63,947 nucleotides of DNA, filler included, from Octopus bimaculoides (GCF_001194135.2; 8 parts of 8 records of this genome joined end to end with filler, not necessarily neighbours in it); one strand, 5' to 3'; counted from the whole stretch's first letter, positions 24,578 to 38,630 are shown. The notes: generated by a model not told the origin, from the letters alone. A program made the numbers and translations.

Positions 24578-24713
24578 CTGAGTTAGAAAAGTAGAGAACA
24601 AACAAGTCGTTATTAAAATACTTAAAAGAAAATAAAATTGACTATACATTTTTTCTTGCGTTCACTAACTGATACATACAGAATCATACTGGCATGCGAT
24701 TGTGGCAGCTATG

Positions 24714-24757
<44 letters not shown>

Positions 24758-25415
24758 GAAGGCGCCTGGCTGAGTGGTTAGAGTATTTGAGCTCACGGTC
24801 ATAGATTATGAGTTTCGTTCTTGGACTGAGTGGTTTTGAGGAAGGTGTATTTCATCTCAAGTTGCTCCAAATTACTCAGTTGAAAATGAATACCAACGTA
24901 ATGCTGGTACAGCCGTCTCTCCATATAACTCACATGTTTTCAATATCCATAGCAAGCTGTTCCGTTAATCAGATCAACTGGAACCCTCGTCGTCATAACC
25001 GACGGAGTACTAGTAGGTAGCAGTAAAGTAATTCCAACAGATCAACAGGGGGAGAACTGAGAGGATATGTTGCCTGGGTCGCACTCGCTTACGAGTGGCG
25101 GCTGTGCTTACTTCTAAGCGAGAATCAATAAACGATTATATTATTTCAAACAGTTGAGTAAAAGTTTACTTGGCCAAGCTTTTATTGTTATTTTTCATTT
25201 TAGTTAATCAATTAGAGTGACAAGCTTTAAGAAAAGTTCATTTTTATCACAGTACTGTTGACTTATATGGTCATCAGTGGAATTTATAGATTTTTCTACC
25301 TGACACCAGTTGGCTGGAAAAATGAGTGTCACAAGGAGATAGAAACAAACATATAAGGGAGCAGGGAGCTGAAAGATGGTTGCATTTATTCAACAAAAAA
25401 TTAACTAGACTCTAT

Positions 25416-25790
25416 AGGAGTGGCTGTGTGGTAAGTAGCTTGCTTACGAACCACATGGTTCCAGGTTCAGTCCCACTGCGTGACACCCTGGGCAAGTGTA
25501 TTCTACTATAGTCTCGGGCCGACCAAAGCCTTGTGAGTGGATTTGGTAGATGGAGACTGAAAGAAGCTCCTACTGCCAAAGAAATATACATGTATGTGTG
25601 TGTGTCTGTATCTGTCCCCCCAACCGATGCTGGTGTGTTTACGTCCCTGTAACTAAACCGGTTTGGCAAAAGAAACTGATAGAATAAGTATTAGGCTTAC
25701 AAAGAATAAATCCTGAGCTCGACCTGCTCGATTAAAGGCAGTGCTCTAGCATGGCCGCAGTCAAATGACTCAGACAAATAAAAGAGTAGA
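25416..25790 (+). mobile_element. CORE-type tRNA SINE, near full length
   Basis: ggctgtgtggtaagtagcttgcttacgaaccacatggttccaggttcagtcccactgcg...ccctgggcaagtg. Related copies at about 18620-18860, 35610-35928, 37230-37630, 41790-42075, 43400-43730, 50510-50670 and 59499-59935. Confidence 0.85.
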
Positions 25791-26005
25791 AGACAGTACA
25801 CAGAAAATATGTTTCCTTTTGTTTTTACTAGTTTCATCCAGAGAAAGGGGCTCCACTAATGTTGCCAGTCAAAAGGGTATACAAGCAAAAAATTCGGAAT
25901 GGGGGAAGGGGCCGATATTCTAGGTAAGTATTCTAGGGCACTGAAGTTAGAACAGAAAATGGGAATAGAGTATAAAATATGTGTGGTGTATATATATATA
26001 TATAA

Positions 26006-26098
<93 letters not shown>

Positions 26099-26142
26099 NN
26101 NNNNNNNNNNNNNNNNNNNNNNNNNNNNNNNNNNNNNNNNNN

Positions 26143-26154
26143 TTAATTAATTAA
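26143..26154. other. Assembly gap spacer TTAATTAATTAA (artefact)
   Basis: The identical 12-mer sits in the middle of ~100-nt N runs at 26143, 29638, 43142, 53409, 57476, 61534 and 62837. Confidence 0.95.
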
Positions 26155-26197
26155 NNNNNNNNNNNNNNNNNNNNNNNNNNNNNNNNNNNNNNNNNNN

Positions 26198-27350
26198 NTA
26201 CAACAGAACTTGTACATATATAATCATACATGTCTCTCCATGTTGAATGCAGATCAGTGATCAGGTTCTTATACTTGAAAGGTCGTACACTAAAGGAGAC
26301 TTTCGATGGGATGAAAGAAGTTTATGATGACAATGCACCATCATACGACGTAGTCAAGCACTGGCATCACCAATTCCAATATTGTCGGACGTCGGTGAAA
26401 ACTGCTCCTATTCCTGGACAACTACATTCCGCCATTGATGACGATACCCTCCATAAAGTGGAAGACACCATTTTGGAGGATCGCCGCATAACTATTCAGC
26501 AACAAGCCCAAGAATTGAAGATAAGTGTAAGGTCCGTGGAAAAAAAAATTCCTTCACGACCATTTGCACTTGCGGAAGTTGTCTGTACTACTGATTCTCC
26601 GAATTCTCCCACCTTTTCAGAAGCAGGAACGAGTTAATTGCTCCCATGCTCTTTTGGCAATATGTCAAGAAAACGAGGAGGACTTTTTCGGCAGACTTAT
26701 CACACAGGAAGAAACATGGGTCCATCACTATAATCCTGAGACTAAAGTACAGTCGAAGCAATGGAAGCATGATAACACACCACCTCCAAAGAAGGCTCGT
26801 GTCCAGCCCTCAGGAGGCAAGATGGTGCTCACAGTCTTTGGGGACCAGCGCGGAGTAGTGATGAAGGATTTCCTGGCAAAGGGTAACACAATTAACGGGG
26901 AATATCATGCTTCTATGTTGCAGAAATTTGCGGAACGCCATCAAAGCAGAAAGGCGTGGCATGTTGTCCAAAGGAGTCCGCCTCCTCCAGTTCACAATGC
27001 GGATGTTTCCCAGATGAAAGCACACTCCAGCGGCTATGAAATCCTTCCTCATTCCTCTTTACTCTCCCGACTTCGCACCATCTATCTTCCACCTCTCTTC
27101 CAACCATGAAATCTTTTTTGAAGGGGAAACACTTTTTGGATGATTTCTTATTTCCAAGGTAAAGTCTTGGCTTCAGACGCGACCTACCGACTTCTACAGA
27201 TGAGGTCTTCACAACTGCATAAAGCGATGGGAGAAGTGTATCACCATTGGTGGTGGCTATGTAGAGAAGGACTAATAATTATGCCAAGTTTCGTTTATCC
27301 CAGACCTTGGAGAGTGGGTCAGGGGAAATCTTTGATGAATACTCCTAGTA
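26198..27350 (+). mobile_element. Mariner (Tc1/mariner, DD34D-type) transposon with inactivated transposase
   Basis: HTH region (RSVIRFLYLKG...YDVVKHWHHQF) and catalytic region (LITQEETWVHHYNPETKVQSKQW...GGKMVLTVF...TINGEY); first catalytic Asp reads as Glu; frameshifts. Degenerate right TIR at 27331-27350 ending in TA; left end lost in a gap. Confidence 0.92.
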
Positions 27351-27800
27351 CTAATATAATCTCTTCAACGCAAATGATGTTAAGGTCAGCTATCGTTGCC
27401 TAGACAATATTGCCATAGCCGAAAGTATATATCTGTGCAGCTTCCACCCCATAAGTTCATCTACAATTTCCAAAATTGACTCATTAACCGTTGATGAGAC
27501 TGTTTCTCCCAAGCCATGGTGTGTGGATCTATACTCGTTTGACCAAATGGTATCCAGAAGAACGTTGTGAGGCTTACTTTTAATTACTTCAAGGGATAGC
27601 ATTGCTATAAACTGGATTCATTTAGATCTAGTGACCAGATAAACTCCGCCTTCTTGTTCCGTTATATCTGGAAGCTTAGAAATCAAGGATATAACTTCCC
27701 CGATCACATGCAAGATTATTTATAGAGTCCTTTCATTGTTCAGTGAGGTATATCACTGCAGGCTCTATCTGGTTGAGAAACTGCATATTTTGAAGAAACA
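27351..27800 (+). mobile_element. Penelope-like element fragment (RT C-terminus to GIY-YIG endonuclease)
   Basis: Motifs N.VKVSYRCLDNI and RYIWKLRNQGYNF..ITCKII.R......CRL.L.EKLHIL are typical of the PLE endonuclease end. Frameshifted. Confidence 0.65.
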
Positions 27801-29154
27801 AGAAGTCCGAGATGATTTCTAATTATCGCCCTTGACATGTATTTCTTACGTCTTAGTTTCAACCAATAATCAAATTCGGAAGATAAGTCAAAGAAAGCCG
27901 AAGAATTAAATCACAAGCAGGCGAAAATTAATCTAAACCGAGTTGCTTCTCTTAGATTCTAATAACACTTTGCAATGAAATACACCAGCAGCACACCACG
28001 ACTTTTTCGTCAGTGACTTGGACTGCCCAATACGAAGTAAGTTTATCTACGACCACTGCAGACCCATCTTGCAACCAGAATGCAGCTTAAAATGTCACTT
28101 CTGTCAAGCATCTGGTCGATTTGATATGTGTATTTTATATCTACGAAACTTTGCGTAATGGCTGTATAAGTTACCAACTGCACATATTCATTCACCAATA
28201 CACACACACACACACACACACACATACATACACGCAGGCACAACATATAAATTATCTGTGTATATATATACATATATACATATATCTATACACGTGAGTG
28301 TGTTTGTGTGATTGTGTGTGTGTGTGTGTGTGTATGTGTGTGTGTATACATACGTACATGTATACATACGCACTTATTCCTGCAATAGCTGATGCAGCAA
28401 CTTCCTCAAGACTATAAATCTACGCAAAATAAAAACCAGAGAAATAAAATATGAAGCAAAAACACTCAACAAAATATGTACAAAAAAATATTAAAAAAAC
28501 ACATGCTTATCAGTATTATTGTTGCTGCTGTTATTGTTGTTGTTGTTGTTGGTTGTTGTGGCCTGGTTTAGTATCTGTCCAATGAATGATAGGATATGTT
28601 AGTCGGAGGAAATTGAACTTTCCATATATGTTCACTGATCGTTCCGTATGGAAAGTCGACAGAGACAGAATTTCAGTCCGCTTGAAAGTGCGTTGAACTG
28701 GGATCAGAGAAGGAAAGTGAATGAGACGGAGAAAGAATTAGAGAAAGAGGAAGAAAGAGAGAGAGAGAAAGAAAGAAAAAAAGAAAGAAAGAGAGAGAGA
28801 GAAAGTGAAATTAAGTGAAAGACAGAGAGAAAGAATGAAGGTAGTCGCTCAAAAACAGACGTATGTTCAGAGATGATCCAGCGGTGACCATCACTTGTTT
28901 TTAGGGATATACAGATATACATATATATACATATATGTGTGCTTGTGTGTGAGTGTGTGTTTGTGTGTGTGTATACATATGTATATATATAAATACGTGC
29001 ATATATATATATATATATATACATATATAAATACATACATATATATACATACATATATGGATATGCTTATATATACACATATATCTCTACACATATATCT
29101 CTATACACATATATCTCTATATATATTTGCATACATCCATGCGTACAAACATAC

Positions 29155-29186
<32 letters not shown>

Positions 29187-29541
29187 ATTCATTACCTGAT
29201 GTGACATTAGGATGTGATTTACGGCAGATTTGATTGCTTGAGAGAATAAGAAAAATAGAGACCCAGTGATAGGCAGAAGGGCAAAAAGCGGGGGATTAGA
29301 GAGAGAGTGGTAAGAGGAGAACATAGAGAGAGAGAAAGAGTAAGATAGGGAGGGATAGAGAGAGAGAGAGAGAGAGAGAAGGAGAGAAGGAGTGAAGGCA
29401 GAGAAAGAGAAAGTGGTTCATCCACATCTTATCTAAAAGTGACGTGTAACGCTCTGTTTCATGGTTTGGGTGTGGTTTTTCTTAATGTGTGTGTGTGTGT
29501 GTGTGCGTGCGTGTATGTCTGTTTGTGTGTTAATCGCTGTG

Positions 29542-29593
<52 letters not shown>

Positions 29594-29693
29594 NNNNNNN
29601 NNNNNNNNNNNNNNNNNNNNNNNNNNNNNNNNNNNNNTTAATTAATTAANNNNNNNNNNNNNNNNNNNNNNNNNNNNNNNNNNNNNNNNNNNN

Positions 29694-29725
<32 letters not shown>

Positions 29726-31220
29726 TTTGTGTTTGTATGCATCTGTGTGTCTGTGTTTATCCCTGCACCATCTCTTGACAGCCGACGTTGGTGTGTTTAC
29801 ATCCCCGTTACTTAGCACAGAATAAGTACTAGGCTTACAAAGAATAAGTCCTGGAGTCGATTTGTTCGACTGGAGGTGGTCCTTCAGCATGGCCGCATTC
29901 ATAATTGCATGTATTTATGTATGTATGTATGTATGTATGTATATATATATATATGTTATACACATCGATGGATAATTAGATGTAAAGGTATATATACATA
30001 CATACATACATACATACATACATACCTACAAGGACGGGTGGATCTCGGACAGAAGTCTCGAATACAAATTTTTAGGTGTTCGATCAACTGAAATACCAGA
30101 CTTATTGGCATATAAATGGCTGAGTACACTGCAGACATGTGGACACGTCACGTACTCCAGAGGCAGAATCTGCTTTAAACTGCGTGGTAAGTGTGTACCT
30201 TTTGAATTACAGATAAAATCCATCCTACAGGCTTCAATACAGTTTTCGTCAACCGAATTTCTCTGATAAGCCATACCGCAGCCGGAGTCTATAGAAAACA
30301 ACACTTTTCTAAGACGCCCGGCTGCAGAATCGAAACTGAGTAGTTATGATTCAAGAAGGAAGATACTGAAAAATTCAGCCACTCTGCACTTACACACACG
30401 CACACAAACTCACTCACACTTACACTCACACTCGAGCGCGAACACACACACACACATACTTACGTGGTGTGTGTGTGTGTGTGTGTATGTGTGTGTGTGT
30501 GTGTGTCTGTAAATATGTACCTGTGATTGTATGTGTGTACGTATATATATACATACGTATATATATATATATATNNNNNNNNNNNNNNNNNNNNNNNNNN
30601 NNNNNNNNNNNNNNNNNNNNNNNNNNNNNNNNNNNNNNNNNNNNNNNNNNNNNNNNNNNNNNNNNNNNNNNNNNNNNNNNNNNNNNNNNNNNNNNNNNNN
30701 NNNNNNNNNNNNNNNNNNNNNNNNNNNNNNNNNNNNNNNNNNNNNNNNNNNNNNNNNNNNNNNNNNNNNNNNNNNNNNNNNNNNNNNNNNNNNNNNNNNN
30801 NNNNNNNNNNNNNNNNNNNNNNNNNNNNNNNNNNNNNNNNNNNNNNNNNNNNNNNNNNNNNNNNNNNNNNNNNNNNNNNNNNNNNNNNNNNNNNNNNNNN
30901 NNNNNNNNNNNNNNNNNNNNNNNNNNNNNNNNATATATATATATGTATATATGCATATATATAAACTAAGTGGTATTAAAAAACGCGACGTTCGATCCAT
31001 TCCAAAAATTTCCTATTCTCGTTTCCCGCCGTCGAAAACGAAAGAGAAATTGAAAGTATATATATGCGTTTGGGCGCGTGTCTGTGTTTGTAACAATGAG
31101 CTCGTACGCTCGTGTATGCTTGTAGTTATCTATATCTGTATTTGTGTCTAGATATATGTGTGTATATATATAGATACATACGCATATATATATGTATATA
31201 TATGTGTGTGTGTATATGTT

Positions 31221-31256
<36 letters not shown>

Positions 31257-31383
31257 GAGAGAGAGAGAGAGATACACGCACAGAGAGAAAAAAATAGATG
31301 TATGTAGATAGATATATGTATACATATATATGTGTGCGTATATAATATATATATATATGTAGATATACACGCACAGAGAGAAA

Positions 31384-31443
<60 letters not shown>

Positions 31444-31661
31444 GTGTACGTGAAATAGAATGAAAGAATTGACGCTTTTGTTTCCATTAGGAATCTTTAT
31501 GCTTGTCAAAATATATTCAATACAAATTTTGATATTATGGTATTATTGCAAACTGGAAGGATTATTACTTACCCTGCTGTTTTACCGGTGTTAATCCTGG
31601 CACTTTGATGTTTATATTGGATGTTTATGTACAAAGAGGAAGAGACAGAGTGAAGGTGAGA

Positions 31662-31698
<37 letters not shown>

Positions 31699-32564
31699 AA
31701 TGTGAGAGTGTGAGGAAGTGAGAGAGTCGATGAGGGTGTGAGAGAGTGAACGAATGAGTGATTGAAAGATACGGGATGGACTTGATGCGGGATACTTAAG
31801 TTGCCGAGCGATCGAGAGGGAGTAAACCCGGATAAGAATGAGAAAATAATGAAGGAATAAGTAAAATTGAAAAGGAAATAAAATATGGTAAATAAGGAAA
31901 TTAAGTAACCAACGTGGGATGATGGGAGTGAGGGAAGATGCTGAAAACGATAAAAGATCGGAGATTGTATTGAAGTTGAAAAAAGGAGACAAAGACAAAA
32001 GAAGAGCAGTGGAGGAGGAGACGAAAGATGAGCAACAGCAAAGAACAGCCACAGCAACAACAAGGATCTTGGGAATAAGTAGAAGGAAGAAATTAAAACA
32101 TTAAGAACGATAAGAGAAGAACGCAAATGACAAAAAAAAAATTAAGAAGGAAATTAAGGAAGTGTGAAAGAAGTTGTTTAAAGAACTCTATAGAGTTCGC
32201 TGGGATTTTGAAAGTTACAATAACGACAACAGCAACAACGAGAACAATAATTGGGGGAATAATGGTAATTAATAAAGGGTAAATAATTAAATAAGATTAA
32301 AAAAAAAATTTTAAAAAACAAAGGAAATCGTTCAAAAATGCACGAAAGAAGGAAAAATTGGAATGAGTTCGCAAACAATGGCCAATAGCAGATTATAAGG
32401 AATCAGGAAAATGACAAAAACTTGCAGTAAAAAACAGTTCTTTCTCTCCTTCTTTTCCTCTTTCTCTTTCTTCTGTCTGTTTGTCTGTGTCTCTCTCTTC
32501 TCTTTTCTTTCTTTTCTGTCTCTGTTTTTTTTTTCTGTCTCTCTTTTCTATCCCACTTTGTCCT

Positions 32565-32595
<31 letters not shown>

Positions 32596-32806
32596 NNNNN
32601 NNNNNNNNNNNNNNNNNNNNNNNNNNNNNNNNNNNNNNNNNNNNNNNNNNNNNNNNNNNNNNNNNNNNNNNNNNNNNNNNNNNNNNNNNNNNNNNNNNNN
32701 NNNNNNNNNNNNNNNNNNNNNNNNNNNNNNNNNNNNNNNNNNNNNNNNNNNNNNNNNNNNNNNNNNNNNNNNNNNNNNNNNNNNNNNNNNNNNNNNNNNN
32801 NNNNNN

Positions 32807-32846
<40 letters not shown>

Positions 32847-32994
32847 GTTTCCACTCTAAATGAAGCGATAAGCCTGGCGCCTTTTTTCTCAGCAATTGGA
32901 AGCGTCTGATTGATGTCACGTGGCTTTACAATACGCTCCTGCCATGCGCCGTTTAAACGAAGCTTCGATTTCGTGCAGCAAGTAAATAAGGAAC

Positions 32995-33900
32995 ACACAG
33001 AAACAAATAAACAAATAATTAATATAAACAACAGCTGCACCGCCGCCACCAGCACCAGCACCAGCACCACCACCAATAACAACAACAACAACAGCTGCAG
33101 CAGCAGTAGCAACAGCAGCAAAAATAATAATAATAACAACGTTAAATGCCGCCGGAGCTGGAGCAGCTACAGTAACTATATGTGCTACAACAGTAACAAT
33201 AAGAAGAACAACAACAACAATAACAACAATAACAACAGCAGCAGCAGCAGCAGCAGCAGTGGGAGTTGCAGCAACTGAAGTAGCAACAGCAGCAACAGTT
33301 GTTGCAAAAACAGGAACAGATACAGCAGCAGTAATACGGGCAGCAGCAAAAGCAGCAGTATCAACCACAGCAACAACTGCAACAGCAGTAACAATATAAG
33401 TGCAAGAACAACAGCAGCAGAAAAGACAGCAGCAGCAGCAGAAGCAGAAGAAGAAGAAGAAGAAGAAGAAGAAGAAGAAGAAGAAGAAGAAGAAGAAGAA
33501 GATGAAGGAGGAAGAGGAGGAGGAGAAGAAGAAGAAGAAGAAGAAGAAGAAGAAGAAGAAGAAGAAGAAGAAGAAGAAGAAGAAGGAGGATGGGGAGGAG
33601 GAGGAGGAGAAGAAGAAGAAGAAGAAGAAGAAGAAGAAGAAAGAGAAGAAGAAGAAAGAGAAGAAGAAGAAGAAGAAGAAGAAGGAGAAGAAGAAGAAGA
33701 AGAAGAAGAAGAAGAAGAAAGAGAAGAAGAAGAAGAAGAAGAAGAAGAAGAAGAAGAAGAAGACGAGAATGATGATGATGATGATGATGATGATAATGAA
33801 GAAGTACAAGAAGAAGACCAACAACAGCAACAACAACAGCAATAACAACAATGGCGACAATAGGCGGTAGCAGTGCAGTGGCAAAAGTAATAACTATAAC
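32995..33900. repeat. Compound trinucleotide tract (CAG/AAC/AAG/GAG/ATG)
   Basis: Long (AAG)n runs with CAG, GAG and ATG blocks; source of the poly-K/E/L/S/F pseudo-ORFs. Confidence 0.95.
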
Positions 33901-33979
33901 AGCAACAAGAGCAACAGCAGCAGTAATAACATTGACAACAGTTGTAAAAGCCGTCGCGAACAAAATAACAAGAACAAGT

Positions 33980-35190
33980 GTTTGTGTGCATGTGCCTATA
34001 TGCGCGTGTGTGAGTGTGTGTGTGTGTGTGCGTGTGTATGTGTGTGTGCGTCTGGTGTGTGTGTGTGTGTGTGTGTGTGTCTGTGTGTGTGTGTGTGTGT
34101 GTGTGTAAATTTGGATGTGTGGAAGGTTTTGTGTGTTCGGGAGAGGTGGGTACATGCACGCACCAGACGTGTTTGTATGAATGACGCGCGAATGTGTGTA
34201 TACGTACAAGAGTTTAAATGTATGTATGTATGTATATGTTTATGCATGTATCAATGAATGCATGCATATATGTAAGTATGCGTGTGTATATGAATGTATG
34301 TATATATGTATTATGTGTGCATGTATATATGCATGTAGTTATTAATGCATGCATGTTTGTATGTGTGTTCGTATTCATGTATGTATGTATACATGCATGC
34401 ATGTCTGTATGTATGTGTATGTGTATGCATGTGTATATGTATATACTCATATGTGTATGTGCGTGCATGTATGTATGTACGCATGCATGCACGTCAGTGT
34501 GTATCCATGTATGTACGTATGTGTGAATGGATGCATGTATGTATATATGTAGTTATATATGTATGTATGTGTGTATGTATATATGTACGATTGTATGGAA
34601 CTGTTTATGTCTGTATGCATGTATATATATATGTACGTATGTGTGCAAATATATATTTCTGTATGCATGCTTAAAGTGTGTGTGGGTGCATTCGTGTCTT
34701 TTTATATGTACATGTACGCTTGTGTATATGCATATGCATGCATACACGTGTATGTATTTATGTATATCGCATGTATGTGTAAGAAGCGCATGTGGTTGTA
34801 CATGTAAGCTGTATGTGTGTGAGAGTGTCGGTGTGCGTGAGTGCGTGCGTGCGTGCGTGCGTGCGAGTGCAGGAGAGGCGAGTTTGTGAAGAAGAAAGAG
34901 AGAGAATAAGAGAAAGAGAGATGGACGAAGGGAAGGAAAAGAAAGGTGACTGGAACGAAAGCTTCGGAGAGAAAGAGAAAGCGAGGAGAGTAAGAAAGAC
35001 TACGACAATACAAGGAGAGAAAGAGAGAGAGATAGAGAGAGAGAGAGAGGGGGAGTAAGAGGAGGAAAGACAATGAGAAGTTGAGAGACTGAGAGATAAA
35101 GAGTGACATACAATAAACACACAGGCAGATACACGCGCACCCACACGTACATATACACAGATATACATATACGTATATATTTGTATATAT
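33980..35190. repeat. Degenerate (TG)n/(TGTA)n/(AG)n low-complexity tract
   Basis: Directly visible. Confidence 0.9.
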
Positions 35191-36659
35191 NNNNNNNNNN
35201 NNNNNNNNNNNNNNNNNNNNNNNNNNNNNNNNNNNNNNNNNNNNNNATATATATATATATACATATGTATATGTATCGTCCGTAAATATGAATCCGAGAA
35301 AAGCAGTACATTCTAAGTTATGGAGCAGCATATATTAAAGTTAGATAAGGCCGGTTTATGGGTTCTCTTGCGAGTGACCTCTCTTGAATATAGAGGAGGA
35401 AGGGACCCCGCTACTCAGTGTCAACAAAGGGGCTTTTAACCAACACGTTTTGGGATCTGATGATACGCCATAAAGCCAGGCCCTTTCTGGATGTGAAACC
35501 TAAAGTAATCCCATAAACCGGCATTATCTAACCTTAATATATATATATATATACATACACACATACATACATACATACATACATACATAGAAACATATAT
35601 TCCTATCTACTCACATATGCACGGTAGTATAGTGGTAGGTTTCTCCTACGTGGCACTTGGGTCTTCTACTATAGTCTCGGTCCAACCAAAGCATTGTGAG
35701 TGGATTTGGTAGACAGAAACTGAAAGAAGCCCGTCGTATATATGTACGTATGTGTATATGTTTGTGTGTTTGTGTTTGTCCCCCCAACATCGCTTGACAA
35801 CCGATGCCGGCAGAATAAGTACTAGGCTTACAAAGAATAGGTCCTGTTGTCGATTTGCTCGACTAAAGGCGGTGCTCCAGTACGGCCGTAGTCAATTGAC
35901 TAAAACAAGTAAAAGAATAAAAGAAAAANNNNNNNNNNNNNNNNNNNNNNNNNNNNNNNNNNNNNNNNNNNNNNNNNNNNNNNNNNNNNNNNNNNNNNNN
36001 NNNNNNNNNNNNNNNNNNNNNNNNNNNNNNNNNNNNNNNNNNNNNNNNNNNNNNNNNNNNNNNNNNNNNNNNNNNNNNNNNNNNNNNNNNNNNNNNNNNN
36101 NNNNNNNNNNNNNNNNNNNNNNNNNNNNNNNNNNNNNNNNNNNNNNNNNNNNNNNNNNNNNNNNNNNNNNNNNNNNNNNNNNNNNNNNNNNNNNNNNNNN
36201 NNNNNNNNNNNNNNNNNNNNNNNNNNNNNNNNNNNNNNNNNNNNNNNNNNNNNNNNNNNNNNNNNNNNNNNNNNNNNNNNNNNNNNNNNNNNNNNNNNNN
36301 NNNNNNNNNNNNNNNNNNNNNNNNNNNNNNNNNNNNNNNNNNNNNNNNNNNNNNNNNNNNNNNNNNNNNNNNNNNNNNNNNNNNNNNNNNNNNNNNNNNN
36401 NNNNNNNNNNNNNNNNNNNNNNNNNNNNNNNNNNNNNNNNNNNNNNNNNNNNNNNNNNNNNNNNNNNNNNNNNNNNNNNNNNNNNNNNNNNNNNNNNNNN
36501 NNNNNNNNNNNNNNNNNNNNNNTCTCTTCCCTTACCTCTCTCTCTCTCACACACACATACACACCTATTGTCCATAATTTAGTGGCTCGGTGGGTGGGTG
36601 GTGGTGGGGGTGGGGACAGAGAGAGTAGAGAATATAAAAAAGAAATTACAGACGACCAG

Positions 36660-36776
36660 ACAAATGTCTTAACAGTTATCTACCTACTTCTTCCTACTTA
36701 TCTACTTAACTACTTCACTTATCTAATTACCTGGCCCATTCGCATGCCTGCCTACCTACCTACCTACCTACCTACA

Positions 36777-36810
<34 letters not shown>

Positions 36811-37200
36811 CCTACCTGCCTTCCTACCTACCCTCGTATCTACCTCCTCGTCTAAATACCAGTGTACCTCAGCTACTTATTTACCTCACGGTCTGTCCAC
36901 CTAACCATCTATCTGCCATTCTACCTTACCTACTTAGCGACGTACCTACCCAGTTACCTATCTGCCAACTTCACCAAAGTATCTGCTTACCCACCTACCT
37001 TACCATCTACCTACCTCACCACGCAACCGTCACCCTCCCCTTCCTGCCTACTTGGCAACTTAGTTGCGTTCCGGGTTACCTACCTGTCTATTTTCCTACC
37101 AATCAACCTACCAAAGGTACCAACCTCTCTGTCTACTTCTCTGTCTGTTTACCTACTTACCTATGAAACTTTTTACCTTACTACTTATATATACCAATAA
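36660..37200. repeat. Degenerate (CCTA)n/(TACA)n tetranucleotide tract
   Basis: Directly visible ctacctacctac-derived sequence. Confidence 0.85.
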
Positions 37201-38220
37201 CCTATCTAAAAGAAAAAAAATCCTAGGCGCCGGTTTGGCTGTGTGGTAAGAAGTTTGCTTCCTAAGCACACGGTTCTGCGTACAGTCCTACAGCGTGAAC
37301 CTCGGGCAAGTGTCTTCCACTATAGCCTCGGGCCGACCGTGGGCTTGTGAGTGGATTTGTTAACAGAAACTGAGATTAGCCCGTCATATATGAATATATC
37401 TATATTTATCTACACGTGTGTCTGTGTCTCAGTTCTTGACCCCCACCTTTGCTTGATAACCGATGTTAGCTTGTTTACGTCTCCGTAACTTAGCACTTTA
37501 GCAAAACGACTGATAGAATAAGTGTCAGATTTTTAAAACATTTCCTAGAGTGGATTCATTCGACTAAAAATATATCATGTGTGTATATTATGTGTGGCCG
37601 CCATCTAACCACTAAAACCGATAAAAGAAAAGTGTCTGCCTTTCTGACTTAAATACTTACCTACCCGCTAACGTCCTCTCAACCTGCCTACATAAGAATC
37701 CCAATCACGATTCGTGGTTCGCTACCTCAACAGCTCCTTTATAGGATCCAGTGGACACAAACATCATCAGGAGGAACCACGTCCGGTTTTGGCCCCTACT
37801 CCCCTACCGTTTTCAACGTGGCGCCCCCTTCCTTTCGGAGGTGTCTTCAGCTCTGATTTTGAATGCATTTGTTCTTTCTCCATTTTTCCTTGGCCTTTTT
37901 GTTCTTTGGTTTCTTCGATGCAGCATCAACGAATGTCAGTGGATGAATGACCATCCTGCCAAATTCCCCCTTAAATACTCGCCGGTAGGCTCCAGCAGCC
38001 AGCTTAGATAATATCACGTGTATGTGTGTTTCAATGTATGCAAGTATTATATATATATATATATATACATATAACGACCTCGAACCCACAAGAGTAAACA
38101 AGAGAGACAGAAACAGGCAGAAACAAGGAAAAATGCCCCTTGTATTTGAATACTATGCAAATATTCTTTTAAAAAACATTTCTTTTAATTTTTCCAAAAG
38201 TTAATTGTTTTCCATACTTA

Positions 38221-38256
38221 CAGTTGAAAAAGTCTCGATGACTGAAACCGGTACTG
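38221..38256 (+). ncRNA. Degenerate minimal type I hammerhead-like motif (Penelope-type repeat)
   Basis: CAG|TTGAAAA|AGTC-TCGAT-GACT|GAA|ACCGGT|A|CTG. Stems I and II and the palindromic stem III are present; the core has C3U and G8A. Confidence 0.5.
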
Positions 38257-38394
38257 AAATGTTTTTTATAAAATTATTTTAGCATTTTCTACCTTGACAT
38301 CTTTTCCCATATNNNNNNNNNNNNNNNNNNNNNNNNNNNNNNNNNNNNNNNNNNNNNNNNNNNNNNNNNNNNNNNNNNNNNNNNNNNNNNNNNN

Positions 38395-38426
<32 letters not shown>

Positions 38427-38591
38427 AGATACGATAGTTTGACCAAAAGAACCGGCTAGTGTAAAAAAGAAAAACGCATTTGGACAAATTTGGACATACG
38501 ACAGTTTAACACAAGACAGAAACGATGTATTAAGGTGTGAAAGTATATATACATACATATATGTGTTTGGCTGTGTGTGTATGTGTGTGTA

Positions 38592-38630
<39 letters not shown>

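Noticed and set aside
24422-24649. 75-aa ORF resembling a small secreted peptide with a signal sequence
   Set aside because: The hydrophobic 'signal' is the translated polypyrimidine tract of the acceptor; the rest is the CWF19L2 terminal exon.
25832-25923. FHPEK read as a glutamine amidotransferase (QFHPE) motif
   Set aside because: Only five residues match and the downstream sequence is not GATase-like; kept only as an unknown exon candidate.
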